From Octopus vulgaris (taxonomy: Eukaryota): a DNA stretch of 64,000 nt. The stretch spans positions 67,828,001-67,892,000 of the forward strand of contig OX597821.1 in assembly GCA_951406725.2 (NCBI GenBank), in the 5' to 3' direction. The position numbers and the translations under genes are program-made. The notes under the pieces are model-generated. The model had not been told where the DNA came from, ran no database searches, and was given only the letters and a program-made list of their open reading frames with translations. Numbering within the stretch: the stretch's first letter is position 1; each line of letters opens with the position of its first letter. Shown in pieces: positions 14,746 through 28,528 of the stretch.

Positions 14746-15395
14746 TATATATATATGTATGTGTGTGTATGTATGTATGTATGTATGTATGTATGTATGT
14801 ATATATATATATCTATATCTATATATATATATATATATATACATGCATTTGCATATATATGCAAATATATGTGTCCCTCCATGGGGAACCACTTTCATAT
14901 GTTTTATTAAATGCATGACTGAGTTCAAAATTTATCTCTTTTATTTTAGATATTTTCCTATTTCTTTTAACAGTTTCCTACAGTTGATTTGGGAACAATG
15001 AGTTCCTAAAATTCACATACGACGTTTCCAACCCTTGAGTCTTATTTTCAAGAATTGATTATATTTTTTTATCAGTGTTATTTCTTACATGCTTGTTGGA
15101 TTAGCGCAGAGTTTCCTGGCAAAGTATCTTTTAACTATTAGCATCATACTTCAGTAGTCACGTGCTAATTTGCCGCAATTTCATACTAAAATCAACTCTA
15201 AAACACATTCATCAAAATATTAATACGAGACGACTGACATGAAAACAGAAAATAACTTAATGGTCACATTGTAACCGCCTGAAACAAATCAACATGTAAA
15301 CTACTGATGCATGAAGTTAACAGTATAATTTTTAAAATCCTGTGAAGGAAAATTATATATGAATCCAAACCAAATCCTAAAAGACAATGCTGTAT

Positions 15396-15429
<34 letters not shown>

Positions 15430-15454
15430 GTACACACACACACACACACATACA

Positions 15455-15549
<95 letters not shown>

Positions 15550-15588
15550 TAAAGCTCGGGAATTGAAAATCTCTTTTATATATATATT

Positions 15589-15636
<48 letters not shown>

Positions 15637-15667
15637 TGTATGTATGTATGTATGTATGTATGTATGT

Positions 15668-16736
15668 ATAAAATTTGGTATAAGGTAAAAGTTTCAGATA
15701 TTTGTCTTAAACATTCAGACAAGCAAATTTATAATTCATCTGTATGACATGAGATATTATTCCATTCAAATAACCACATATTTATATTAAGACATATATG
15801 TTAAGAATATAGAAATATAAGAATATAAACATTAAAAAAAAACTAAAAATTAAAAACATAAAATTATGTAAGGAGTACAATGAAAGTAGAAAATATAGCT
15901 AGAATAGATCAAAGGAGGTGATTGAAAGGATCAATCCAAACCTACGTCCGTTTCAGAAAAGTTGTTAGGGGCTGTTGGAAAAAATCCAAATTCAACTCCC
16001 TGTATAAAAACATTTCCTTCCTCGAGGTTCCTTTCTCGTCGTAAAGTCAAGTAGCATACTATATGCTAGTAATAGAAATAAAAACATTACTTTTTTTTTT
16101 ATGTGACTTGGATTAGATCCAATATCCGCTCTCTTATAGTAGTATTGATTTTAAAAATAAGTAAATAAAATTAAAATAAATAAAGAAATAAAAATATATC
16201 AACACAAAATGGAATATTCCAATTAGCTATTATTTACATTATTAACTAAAGTATCACCTGTCAACCCTTTTAATTCCTTATTTAATGTTTCTATAGAAAT
16301 GATTATATTCTTATAGTTTGACTTGTCGGGTTTTACTTTGTCCTTTATATTTTTATTCTTATTCTTCAATTCGATACGCTACAACCAACTGAAATTTCAC
16401 CATGTAGCACCTTACTGGATTTTACGACGGGAAAGGAACTCCGAGGATTACTTCCTACAGCCCCTTAAAACTTTTCGGAAACGGTCGTAGCTTTCGACTG
16501 ATCCTTTCAGTCACCTCCTTTAATCTATTCTAACGATATTCTCTACTTTCTTGGTAATCCTTATATTCTTTATGTTTATATTCTTATATTTCTATATTTT
16601 TATCATTCATGTCTTGATATGAATATGTGGTTATTTGAATGGAATAATATCTCATGTCATACATCTGAATTATGAATTTGCTTATCTGAATGTGTAAGGC
16701 AAATATCTGAAATTTTTATCTTATACCAAATTTTAT
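15668..16736. mobile_element. Diverged inverted repeat of an HHR-bearing PLE-like terminus
   Basis: About 15668-16055 is inverted at about 16410-16736; adjacent to (TA)n/(TATG)n. Confidence 0.8.
15939..16029 (-). ncRNA. Hammerhead motif with long domain II
   Basis: AACC-UCGAGGA-AGGAAA...UUUUCU-GAAAC-GGAC-GUA-GGUU. The inverted copy at 16437-16493 has CCGAGGA...GAAAC-GGUC-GUA and a deletion in stem II. Confidence 0.68.
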
Positions 16737-17062
16737 TAATCTTTAGCTCATATACAAGTGAAAGAAACAGTTGTACTATATACGGGATCATTATCCCCAT
16801 TAAAATTCTCGGATTCTACATTAGCTCATACCAAGCACTTAATATAGTAACAACTATGGAAAAGAATTTCTGGATTTGTCAACAATATCATTCCTATACA
16901 CCTAGACATCTATACAGAGAAATTCTGTTGCAAAAAAAACTAGCGAATTTATAAGATTAAGATGGAGAGTATTCCATTACGACGGCATGCATAAACGAAA
17001 CAGTAATATCATCGATGAAAGCAGTTATACTTCCAACGAATTTAACTTGAAATCCCGTAAAA

Positions 17063-17449
17063 TTGGATGGAAGCACTCCGTCGGTTACGACGACGAGGGT
17101 TCCGGTTGATCCGAATCAACGGAACAGCCTGCTCGTGAAATTAACGTGTAAGTGGCTGAGCACTCCACAGATACGTGTACCCTTAACGTAGTTCTCGGGG
17201 ATATTCAGCGTGACACAGAAAGTGACAAGGCCGGCCCTTTGAAATACAGGTACAACAGAAACAGGAAGTAAGAGTGAGAGAAAGTTGTGGTGAAAGAGCA
17301 CAGCAGGGATCACCACCATCCCTGCCGGAGCCTCGTGGAGCTTTAGGTGTTTTCGCTCAATAAACTCACAACGCCCGGTCTGGGAATCGAAACCGCGATC
17401 CTATGACCGCGAATCCGCTGCCCTAACCACTGGGCGATTGCGCCTCCAC
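17063..17449 (-). mobile_element. Full-length tRNA-derived SINE, family C, with 14-bp TSD
   Basis: Head GTGGAGGCGCAATCGCCCAGTGGTTAGGGC...GGTTTCGATTCCC; TSD GAAATCCCGTAAAA at 17049-17062 and 17450-17463. Confidence 0.92.
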
Positions 17450-17472
17450 GAAATCCCGTAAAAACCCTCCAA

Positions 17473-17775
17473 CTAATCCGGACTTATTGAACTTCTAGCT
17501 CGTTTTGCAATGTCAGAAGCCTTCGAACAGGATTCGTTTTCCGCAATTCTTTTCAAACAGCGAAGCTTCCTTTCTGAGGGCCCAGGTCGGCCGGGACGAG
17601 AATCTGCTGGTTCTTTTCCTTGGATTTTGAATTGCACTATAATACCATTAACAGTAGCAAGAGGAATTTGAAAATTTTCGGCAACTTTTCGCTGGCTAAA
17701 ACTAGCCTCAGTTTGCTCAACAATACGACCTCTTTGAAAATCTGACAGTTCTGCTGAATTTTTTGTGTATGGCAT
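17473..17775 (-). pseudogene. Tc1 transposase N-terminal DNA-binding fragment
   Basis: ELSDFQRGRIV...SQRKVAENFQIPLATVNGII...RPGRP, a paired-like HTH with a GRP motif; truncated. Confidence 0.85.
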
Positions 17776-18499
17776 GGTTACTCCTCGCAAATGTTTAATG
17801 TAATGGCACCTGGAATGATAAAGAATAATTACATTGTAAATTCTATGCTGCTGAAAACATAATAAGAAAATTGAAGGTGTCTATTTTTTTCCTGCTTGTC
17901 TGTATATATATATATATTGACATATTACGGAGTAGTCATTTTTCAGCCCATCGGAACAAACAGGTCAGGACGAAATACATGGGATGGAGAGCCGTTGAAG
18001 AGGTCATAGTATATGTGATGAAAGATTTCGGACTAAGGACACTAAAATAAGAATAATGATAAAGCCAAAGTGATATACGTGTATATAGTGTGTGTGCGCT
18101 TATTTGGAAAAAATGTATGACCGTCCCCAAATGTAATAATATCTGTCTCAACACTATTTCACATCAGGAATCTTGCAAACCAAATTCATACACATAACAA
18201 TATATATTGTTACTGAAAATGAGATTGTGAAGTTCTGGAAACGTCGAATGTGAATTTCGGAGGTCTATTGTTTCAAGCCAACAGAAAAAAATTAATAATG
18301 CGAAAAATTTACAATAAAATAGCTAGAATTTGAATATTGTAGTGTATTTAATGAAACACACACTTAGACAAACTCATGCATATATAGGGAAGGTGGTCTG
18401 TGTTTCAGGTTTTAGCGAGTTAGGCTCATGATCACATTGTCATGCGTTCAGTTCCTTGACAGAGCATCTGTGTGCCTGTACAAAGAACATCATTACACA

Positions 18500-19420
18500 T
18501 AACACCAGTCAACTGCTTTGAGGCTAACGCACTTGCAGGAATATCTAAACCATTGCGATACTGTCGAAGACGATAAAAATGAGTGCAGGTTAGAGTGGGT
18601 CTTTCGTGAGACGTCTTCCCGCATCTGGTCTCCTTGAGTGAACTGTAATCATAGGTTAAGCAGACGAAGACGAGGCGTTTGAATCTTGAATGATGCTAGG
18701 CATCATTACTATACGAACGGGAAAACTTAGTATGCTAGAAAGCATCTCTAGGTTTATATAGACAACTAGATGAGGGTAAAGATAACGATGGTCAAGGCAT
18801 AACTCTGGGCAACGACGAGAATAGCCTGGGGAGTGTGTTCTGGAAATCTTTGAGGTCAAGGACTATGGACAAATTCCTAAAGTCATTTACATAGCATTTC
18901 TAAAGGTAAGCATCACTTGTTCGAGATAAGCTCTTCGTGAGTAGAAGAGCCAACGGCCGAACGTGTCTGAAATGTATGCTGGGCAACGAAACTGTTCCTC
19001 TTTCAGTGTCCGTTCAGTAACAACTTGTGTGTTGAGCAGCTGTTGTCACGTGTAGAACGAATCCGATTGTCTGCCACGTCTATAGTGAAGATCGACAGCT
19101 ACCATTCTGTAGCAAGAAACAGAAGCAAATATTTCTCTATTTTGAGGATATGGTAAAAGATATTGTGGTGAACTTGACGAATTTGAAGACAGGTATTTTC
19201 CTATCTGGGTAAGCTGTCATATACTTCAAGTATTATTCGATGAAAAAGACAAGGGTATACAGGGAGATGATGCCGTTTAAAGTATTAATCGAAAGGTGTG
19301 TGAAAGTGGTAAGAAATGGTGAGTCTGAATATGTCTAACGTAACAAAAGAACCTGGAAGAATGTACCTTCGATACTAGCGGGCAGTGTGAGACAACTCTT
19401 ATTTGTGGGGATTTTTCCAT
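18500..19420 (-). pseudogene. Possible highly degenerate PLE reverse transcriptase
   Basis: Ordered weak motif remnants on the minus strand: PQIRVVSHC, FVTLDI, CYVND, LCLD, YKPRD. Many stops and frameshifts. Confidence 0.35.
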
Positions 19421-20103
19421 CGAATTTGCTTACATTTTTTGTAGATTTTTATTATATCTCAATCGCTATTTATTTTCTTTTGATCAACATAAAACCCACC
19501 ATTTGCGTGTAGTAGTTCTTCGCCATTTGGGCCCTAATGGCGAATAACAGAAGTGAGTACTATTATCATCGTTTTCATAGACATCATCACCATCTCCATC
19601 ATCATATTTGCTACGTCTACTACCACTAGCACTGCTATTACTACTATTGCTGCTGCTGCTGCTGCTGCTGCTGCTACTACTACTTCTACTGTCATTATCA
19701 CCATTAGTATCGTGTTTTAGGTTTTCTAGTTCGACTAAAACTTTATAGATGAAAATTTATAACCCCATTATCTCATTAAGAAACTGTTTGACAATATCTA
19801 ATTATATAAGGCAAGATTTATTCTCCCGTTCCTCCGCCCTTTCTCTCCCACACACATTTCTCATCTTTCTCTCTCTCTCACACACAGAGAAACACAAGTA
19901 CACGCACACACACACGCACACACACATCTTTCTCATCTCATCCTACCCGGCATTATCTGTATTTTTACTCCACTACATTGTACAATCAATCCTGCCAGTA
20001 AAAAAAACAAACAAAATGTGAACTATAAAGAGTTAGTTAATGTATATTTTCCTTATTTTTAATGTATTTTTTGTTGATTTTTAGGAAAGTTCTCTCTCTC
20101 ACA

Positions 20104-20141
<38 letters not shown>

Positions 20142-20687
20142 CTCTAATCAGCATCTGTTGTCAATCCTTGCTATGATTAACGCAATTCTAACTCCTTCCT
20201 TTCTAGCGTTGCTGATGTTCCTTCGATTGTAATTGATGTTCTGTATCTGTTGCTATGTTGTTGATGTTTATATTGTTGAATCTGAAATCACCCTCAACGT
20301 GCCACTCTACGACTCAAGGCGTTTCGGGCCTTGAATACCTTTTTCTTTTTTATTTTGTTTCCAATCATAATGCACCGACGATTTTAGTAGCTAAGATGCA
20401 TTTACTTGAAACAAAAATATAGCCATCTAATTTAAGGAAAGTTCGCAGCTGTTTTGTTAACAAGTCGAGTTATTGGTGTAGCTAGAGTGTATTGATGCCC
20501 GGGACAGCCCCTTCAGCCCGTTCCTACCAGACTTAAGCAACAGATACAAACGTGTTGCCCCCACGAAAGCATCGCTTGGGATAGCTCTTCTAAACCACTT
20601 CAAGTTATTATACTGAATTTAGTAGCCACATAGAATTTTCTTCCTGTTTGATTGCTTCATGTTACTTACTGCTCTTATCTTTATTGT

Positions 20688-21055
20688 TACGAGCGGGACC
20701 CGTGAATATTCCACGGAATTAATGGTGAACTTGTTGGGCTATTTCTGAAAACTTTATCCAAAAAAATACTGAAAGCGTATCCTGTGTTGTGTCTGTATAG
20801 AAAGATATTCGCTTATCTGCTACTCATTGAAAAGTGAAAGATATTGGAATTCGATGATTTCTTAATGGGTTTTATATATACACTTTATATACTTTATGCG
20901 CAATTTTATAGACTTACTACACAACACTCATGAAATACATATCCGATCTTACTTTTCCATTTTTGCTATACACACAAAAAATCCCGTACATATAAGCTTC
21001 CGTCAAATTCCATATATCTGCCACGTAAATAGGCGTGAATATTTCACGGAATTGC
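20688..21055 (-). mobile_element. Possible Helitron 3' end with duplicated hairpin
   Basis: Minus strand CCGTG-gaatatt-CACGG, then GTCCCG and CTCG|T (CTAG-like); the hairpin recurs at 21034-21048. Confidence 0.4.
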
Positions 21056-21434
21056 ACTTATGCGCATGCGTTAACTAGCAGGTGATATAAAAAAATAGTT
21101 CAATTTAAAAAAACACAATTTTCACTATCCAATCACAATCACCACAACCTCCACCATCACCTCCATATCCACCACAACACCATTATAATTTCTCTCTCCC
21201 CAATCACACTCCCATCTCTCTCTCCTCTCTCTCCCTCTTTACTCTCTCTCTCTCTCTCTTCCTCTTCTATATCTCTCTCTCCCTTCTCTATCTCTCTCCC
21301 CTCACTCTCTCTGTCTTTCTTTAACCTCACCATCAGAACATCACCCCTCAGCTAAAATTATATTTTAACATGTATATATATATATATATAAGTATATATA
21401 TATATGTATGTATGTATGTATATATATATTGTGT

Positions 21435-21805
21435 AGGCGCAGTTGAGGCTGTGCTGTAAATAGTTTGCTTCTCAACAACATGGTATTGGGTTCAGCCCCA
21501 CTGCGTGGCAACTTGGGCAACTGCCTTCTACTATACCACCTCTGCCGACCAATGTCTAGCGAATGGATTTCATAGACAGAAAGGGAAATAAGTCCGTCGT
21601 GTATGTGTGTGTATGTCTGTGTTTGTGTGTCTGTGTCTGTGTGTCTGTGTTTTTCCCTTACCACCACCTGACAATTCGTGAGACTGATAGAATAAGTACC
21701 AGGTTTAGAAAAAATAAATATCGAAATATATTTGTTTGATTCAACCCTTCAAGTCGGTACCCCGGCATTGTCACAGTCTAATGATTGTAACAAGTAAAAG
21801 ATAAA
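21435..21805 (+). mobile_element. SINE family A, diverged
   Basis: GGGTTCAGCCCCACTGCGTGGCAACTTGGGCAAC core and CAAGTAAAAGATAAAA tail. Confidence 0.75.
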
Positions 21806-22434
21806 AATAGAGGTACATGAGATGTGTCTTAGCGATTCTAATCTAACTATTGAACTCAAAACGTGATTCTAGATCGCTGATAGCTCACTTCAACATTTTT
21901 TATTTCCTTTCTGTTTCATCACATCCTTCACTCACTCCACCCGCCTACACTATTGTTCTGAATTTGAACCCTGCTCAGTGTATGATCCGTTACTAAAATA
22001 TATATGACGAATTACTAAAATTCCGGGAGATTCGAACAATAGTCAATACTACCTGTATCCGTGTCGAAAATGTTCATCGTCTCCCTTGCCTTGTTTTCTC
22101 AGCTCTAATCCACATTACTCTTCGACGAATCATTCGATATTCCTAATTCCTCCAACATTTTCTGAATACTTTTGTTCATCTCTCTAAACGTGCTTCTCAC
22201 TTTCGTAATATAGCTGAAACCCTTTGTTGATTCTCTTCCCGCCGCCATACACGTCGTTCCATCTTCATCTTCATCACCCTAAGAGAAGCTAACCATTATA
22301 TACTACATATACACATACGATATATACATTATATATGTATACATCTACGCATATACGTATGTATATATGAATGTGCGTGTGTGTATACATGTGTTTCTGC
22401 ATGCATGTATGTATGTGTATATATATATATATAT

Positions 22435-22524
<90 letters not shown>

Positions 22525-22528
<4 letters not shown>

Positions 22529-22842
22529 CGTTATAAAAATAGGGTTCATTAAAATAATTTACTTCTATTTCTTCTACTGTAAGAAAAATCTCCCAGACAA
22601 TGCATACTCAAAAATAACTCACACAGGTATAGAGGGAAAAATAATGAAAGATCACACGTGTATAAGATTACCTGAGAACGGCCTGTTTCTGGATTAGTTG
22701 AATATAAAGATCAACATTTCCTTCGTCAGCTCAAAGATTTCTTTTGATTTGGATTTGAGAGCACTAAAAATCGAACATACCCGTCTGGTATGAGTAATCC
22801 CAGACAAACCATATCCGACCGCCAGTACCAACGAATTCAAAA

Positions 22843-22845
<3 letters not shown>
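22525..22845 (-). mobile_element. HHR-bearing element between (TA)n tracts
   Basis: Shares GAAAAATAATGAAA(G)ATCACAC, TAACTCAC and the HHR with the 28.5-28.97 kb element. Confidence 0.7.
22673..22733 (-). ncRNA. Type I hammerhead ribozyme
   Basis: UGAG-CUGACGA-A-GGA-aau-GUUGA-loop-UCAAC-uaa-UCC-A-GAAAC-aggcc-GUU-CUCA. Confidence 0.82.
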
Positions 22846-22877
<32 letters not shown>

Positions 22878-22902
22878 CATATATATATACATATATATAT
22901 AT

Positions 22903-22975
<73 letters not shown>

Positions 22976-23027
22976 CATACATATATATAGATACTTTATT
23001 TAAAAGCAGCAGAAATATAGCAAAAAG

Positions 23028-23057
23028 CTGTTACTCACGTTCCCGTTCGTCGGACAG
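23028..23057 (-). ncRNA. Hammerhead remnant lacking GAAA and stem III
   Basis: CUGU-CCGACGA-ACG-ggaa-CGU-GA-GUA-ACAG. Confidence 0.5.
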
Positions 23058-23235
23058 TTTTGTAAAAAAAAAGAAGCATTTTGCCCGGTGTGCTAACGGT
23101 TCTGCTAGCTCACCGCCCTCCGCAGTCTAATAACTTAAACAAGTTAAATGTACAATATAAAAAAGATAAATAGAAAAACTATTAGTTCTAAATCTCTGAA
23201 CGAGAAACATGTATTACAGAGTGATACAACAGTAT

Positions 23236-23541
23236 TATAGAGTAAAGTTTATTTGCCAACGTTAAGTGGTAGTCCTAGTTAGGACGAATGTTACTGTTAT
23301 TTAGCCACAGGAAAATGTCTTTCCCCAGCTGGCTATCGACGCACTAGCTACGTACTTATATTTTCGAACAAAGGGGATAGTGTCCTCACGCAGCTCAAAG
23401 TTCCCTTGTTCCAAAATATAAGGACGCAGTTAGTGCGTCGATAGCCAACTGGGGAAAGATATTTTCCTGTGGCTAAATAACAGTAAAAATCGTCCTTACC
23501 AGGACTTCCACTTTACATCGGCAAATAAACTTTACGCTATA
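23236..23541. mobile_element. Hairpin MITE with ~140-bp imperfect arms and TA ends
   Basis: TATAGAGTAAAGTTTATTTGCC / GGCAAATAAACTTTACGCTATA, complementary almost to the centre. Confidence 0.85.
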
Positions 23542-23559
23542 AAAAAGTTACATATATAG

Positions 23560-23790
23560 TCGTAGGAGTGGCTGTGTGGTAAGTAGCTTGCTTACGAACC
23601 ACATTGTTCCGGGTTCAGTCCCACTGCGGGGCACCTTGGGCAAGTGTCTTCTACTATAGCCTCGGGCCGACCAAAGCCTTGTGAGTGGATTTGATTGGCG
23701 GAAACTGAAAGAAGCCCGTCGTATATATGTATATACATATATGTATAAAGGCGGTGCTCCAGCATGGCCACAGTCAAATGACTGAAACAC
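23560..23790 (+). mobile_element. SINE family A with internal deletion
   Basis: Head and core are joined through a TA tract directly to the GGCGGTGCTCCAGCATGG tail. Confidence 0.85.
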
Positions 23791-23806
23791 ACACACACAC
23801 ACATAT

Positions 23807-23869
<63 letters not shown>

Positions 23870-23878
23870 ATATGTATA

Positions 23879-23924
<46 letters not shown>

Positions 23925-24855
23925 TTCGTAGTACGTGGATCATCACTCGTTGTTTTCAACTACATGAAACTTTAAGGAAATGTGTTTGTCTTCTACTATA
24001 AGCTTTGTAGTCGATGTTTTCTTGTCTTTTGGGTTTTTTTCGGAAACAATACGCGAAAAAAATAATTAAAAACTAAATAAGAAAGAGAGAGAGAGAGTGG
24101 GGAAAGAAAATTCATGAAAATCAGCACCATCGCAGCTACGTCCCTCCACACCCGTTCGACTTTGACTTTCAATAAATTAAGTACCAGACAGAACGCCATA
24201 GGGTCGATAATAATCGACTAAACCCTACGAAGGTGGTATCCTAGCAAGACCACTGTCCATTGATTGTATCCTGTAAAATTCTAATATAATAAAACACTTT
24301 ATTATTTTGTTCACCAAAATTTTCTGATGTAAAATCATTAAAAAGATATAAAATACACACACACACTGATTTCTGTCTATTTTCTAAAACGACTGGTACT
24401 AATTTTATCTATTTTTTTTTGTTTGTAATTTTTGTCGAATCAATTTCTAAATAAATAACACAAAAATATATATTTTGTATTTTTTTGTTTTTTCCTTTGC
24501 GCTGGTTTGATGAGGATAAACTAGAGTCAATCCTCAATAAAACCGCACATACATAAACACACAGACAGACATACGCGTGTTTTAGCAGTTTGTGATGTGT
24601 TTTTATGTCTATATTTCCTTATTATTATTTTTGAAAAGCATCACAGATTCGTGGCCAAAATAGAAATAAATCAAACTAGGTTTATACAAAAGAGAGGGTA
24701 AAAACACCAAACTGTTGTACAATAGAAATCCTTAATAGAAGCTCTTAATTGTGCACAACACAACGTCGCCCTTCTTCTCACTCATCAATGACATTATTTC
24801 TATCTCCCTCTCTTTTCTCCCCTTCCTTTCTCCCCCCAATCTCACATCCCTCTCT

Positions 24856-24893
<38 letters not shown>

Positions 24894-25007
24894 CTCTCTC
24901 TTTCTCTTTTTCTCTCTCCCCCTCTTCATCGCTCGCTTGCTCACTTGTATTTCGATTTTGCTTTTATAACTATCTTTCATGTCCAAATGTACGGTGATTG
25001 TAAACAC

Positions 25008-25055
<48 letters not shown>

Positions 25056-26029
25056 ATGTATGTATGTATGTATGTATGCATGTATGTATGTATGCATGTA
25101 TATATGTATGTATGTATATATATAAATATGCATATATATATAATACTTATACATATAAATATATATGTATGTATACGTATAAATATATATAAATATATAT
25201 CAATTTATAATATCATATATGTATGTATGCTTACATTACGTGGGCACTTGTGTACGCGTGTGTGTGCATTCCTATATACACATTGACTGACATACGCTCA
25301 CACACATACACACACACATATATATATATTATATAGCAATAAATATACTACATATGTATATATACATACGCATTTATATTTCCAACGCTGTCAGCAGCAA
25401 TCGTAATAAATTATTAAATTTATCCACCTACTTATGACACAATATGCACACATACATATACTCACACAAGCAAGTACAAACGTACAAACATACACATAGG
25501 CATGCACACACATTCACATACACACCCTGGAAACTTCGTATTGGTTCTAAATTATCCACTTAATATTCGAATCTCTTTGTTCTTTTTGTTTTTGTTCAAT
25601 TCACCTCCCCGTCAGACACAAGCCGATATCATCCTTTTGTTTATTTTAGACGTGGAATGAAACGAGAAACTCTGGGTGGTGCAGCATTGTGTGCGGTAGT
25701 GTGCCTCGGCTTCTATTATGTCGATCACCTATTGATGCCGCCGGTCATAACCCCACCGCTATCGTCACCACCATCACCATACAACTACCAAACTACCATC
25801 GTCTCCACCGACTTGATTCTGCATGTTACCACGCAGAAATGAAACGTGAAACAAAGTTGAGTTTTGGCCATTCACCAAGACTTACGATTTCTAGTTAAGC
25901 CTGCTTCTAATGCTACTGTTGTTGCTGTTGTTGTTGTTGTTGTTGTTACTTCTGTATGTGGTGCTGGTAGGAGTGCGAGGGTAGTGTCCCTATTCGTGGT
26001 AGTGGAGTTATAAGGACCATTGTCGAGAT

Positions 26030-27420
26030 GGTGTTGGTGGAGAGGTGGTTATGAGAGTAGTGATTAATGTGAGTTGATGTTGGAGGTGGTGGTGCTGGTA
26101 CTTGCGGTGTTGGTGGTGGTGGTTGTAGTGCTGGTGGTGGTGGTGCTGGTGGTTGTGGTGGTGCTGGTGGTGCTGGTGGTGCTGGTGCTGGTAGAGATGG
26201 GGGGTTACTTGTGGTGGGAGTGCAGGTGGCGGGGGGAAGAGCTGGTGGGGGGGGGAGGTTGAAGAGCTGGTGGTGGTAGTCCTGGTTGTGGTGGTAGTGC
26301 TGGTGGTAGTGCTAGTGGCGGTAGTGCTGGTGGTGGCGGTAGTGCTGCTGGTGGTGGTGGTGGTGGTGGTACTGATGGTTGTGGTGGTAGTGCTGGTGGT
26401 GCTGGTGCTGGTGGTGCTGGTAGTCATGGTGTTGATGCTAGTGCTGGTGGTTGTGGTGGTAGTGGTGGTGGTGGTGGTGGTGGTGGTGGTGATGCTGGTG
26501 GTATTGATGGTGATAGTGCTGGTGGTGGCGGTAGTGCTGGTGGTGATGATAGTGCTGGTGGCGGTGGTGGTAGTAACGCAATGGAATTGGTAGGTTTATA
26601 GCTGATAATACTATTTATTAGTCGTGGCATTGGCGGTGGTAAAGGTCAAGATGGTTGTGGTGATAGTGGTCGATTCTGGTGGTGTTCGCGATTGGGCAAA
26701 GGGAGCGCATGGGACAGAGTAATAAGTGGGAGCTATTGGTCATATAAGTAGTAACATTGGAGATATTAGTGACTCTGTTAGTGACAGTCATGGCGGTGTT
26801 GCACGTCGTGAGGTTAACCATCGATGTCGTCATCAACGTCCTGAGATTAGTGTTAGTGGTGGTGGTTTTTGTGGCGGCACTAATGATGGTGGTGATGGTA
26901 GTGGTAGTGGTGGTGGTTTTTGTGGTGGTACTGTTTATGGTGGTGATGGTAGAGGTAGTGGTGGTAGTAGTGGTGGTGGTGGTGGTGGTGGTGGTGGTAC
27001 TGATGATGGTGGTGATTGTAGTGGTTGTGGTGATTGTGGTGATGGTGGTGATAATAGTGGTGATGTAGGAGGTGGTGGTGATTGTGGTGGTGGTGGTGAT
27101 GATGGTGGAAGTGGTAATGGTAGTGATGGAGGTAGTGGTGATGGTGGTGGTGGTAGTGGTGATGGTGGTACTGTTGATGGTGGTGATGATAGTGGTAGTT
27201 GTAGTAGTAGTGGTGATGATGGTGGTTGTGGTGATAGTGGTAGTGGTGATGGAGGTGGTGGTATTGGTGATGATGGTGATGGTAGTGGTGATGGAGGCGA
27301 TAGTGGTGATGGTGGTGGTCGTGGTGGTGGTCGTGGTGGTGGTCGTGGTGGTGGTCGTGGTGGTGGTGGTGGGTAGTAGAGGTGATGGTGTTGATGATAG
27401 TGGTGATGGTGGTGGCAGCG
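26030..27420. repeat. Degenerate (GGT)n-based trinucleotide low-complexity region
   Basis: GGT/GCT/GAT/AGT triplet mosaic. Confidence 0.9.
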
Positions 27421-27504
27421 GAGTTAGTCGATATGTAGTGATGGTAACTCAGAACGTAAAGACAGAATAAATGCTGCAAAGCACTTTGCTCAGTGTCCTA
27501 ACGA

Positions 27505-27925
27505 TTCTTATTTCTTTATTGCCCATAAGGGGCTAAACACAGAGGGGAGAAACAAGGACAGACAACGGGATTAAGCCGATTACATCGACCCCAGTTCGTA
27601 ACTGGTATTTAATTTATCGACCCCGAAAGGATGAAAGGCAAAGTCGACCGCGGAGAAATTTGAACTCAGAATGTAGCGGCAGATGAAATACCTATTTCTT
27701 TCTACCTACAAGGGGCTAAACATAGAGGGGACAAACAAGGACAGACAACGGGATTAAGTCGATTACATCGGCCCCCAATGCGTAACTGGTACTTAATTTA
27801 TCGACCCCGAAAGAATGAAAGGCAAAGTCGACCTCGGAGAAATTTGAACTCAGAACACAAAGACAGAAGAACTGCCGCCAAGCACTTCGCCCGGCGTCCT
27901 AGCGATTCTACCAGCTCGCCGCCTC
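27505..27925 (-). mobile_element. SINE family B dimer (one head, two body+tail units)
   Basis: Junction GATGAAATACCTATTTCTTT at about 27682-27701. Confidence 0.85.
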
Positions 27926-27956
27926 CTAAGACTTCGTAATATTTGTCGCCATGTAA

Positions 27957-28165
27957 AGGGGTGAGCTGACAGAAACGTTACTGCGCCGGGCAAATCACTC
28001 AGCGGCATTTTATTCGTCTTTACTTTCTGAGTTCAAATTCCGCCTATGTCGACTTTGCATTTCATCCTTTTGGGGTCGATAAAATAATACCAGTTCAACA
28101 CTGGGGTCAACGTAATCGTTTTACACCTTCTCCGAAATTGCTGGCCTTGTGCCAAAATTTAAACC
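27957..28165 (+). mobile_element. SINE family B with alternative tail
   Basis: Same head and domain, then CCGAAATTGCTGGCCTTGTGCCAAAATTT. Confidence 0.8.
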
Positions 28166-28259
28166 CAAAATATTAGTGGCCATATTGTGGCAGCGCTTGA
28201 GCTAGCAGAATTTTTAGAGCGTCGGAGAATATCCTTTCCGGTATTCTTTCTATATATTC

Positions 28260-28491
28260 GTTACTCTTTACTCTTATTTATTTCACTCATTTGACTGTGA
28301 CCATGCTGGAGCACCGCCTTTAGTCGACCAAATCGACCCGAGGATTTATTCTTTGTAAGTCTAGTACTTGTTCTATCGTCCCTTTTGCCGAACCGCTAAG
28401 TTATGGGGACGTAAACACACCCGCATCGGCTGTCAAGCGATGCTGGGGGAACAAACACAGACACACAAACATACATACACACACACACATG

Positions 28492-28500
<9 letters not shown>
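28260..28500 (-). mobile_element. SINE family A tail half
   Basis: CCATGCTGGAGCACCGCCTTTAGTCG...GCCGAACCGCTAAGTTA. Confidence 0.82.

Positions 28501-28524
<24 letters not shown>

Positions 28525-28528
<4 letters not shown>

Larger units (their letters stand above)
16912..17902 (-). mobile_element. Internally deleted Tc1-like DNA transposon
   Basis: Contains a Tc1 N-terminal HTH ORF; both ends read TA-CAGA...AAAAAAA(C)TAG, a weak TIR match; interrupted by a SINE. Confidence 0.6.

Noticed and set aside
21800-22250. Possible LINE APE endonuclease remnant on the minus strand
   Set aside because: Too degenerate to identify motifs by eye.
26726-27479. Gly-rich 216-aa and His-rich 199-aa ORFs
   Set aside because: GGT-triplet low-complexity DNA is open in several frames on both strands; there is no splice or domain evidence.
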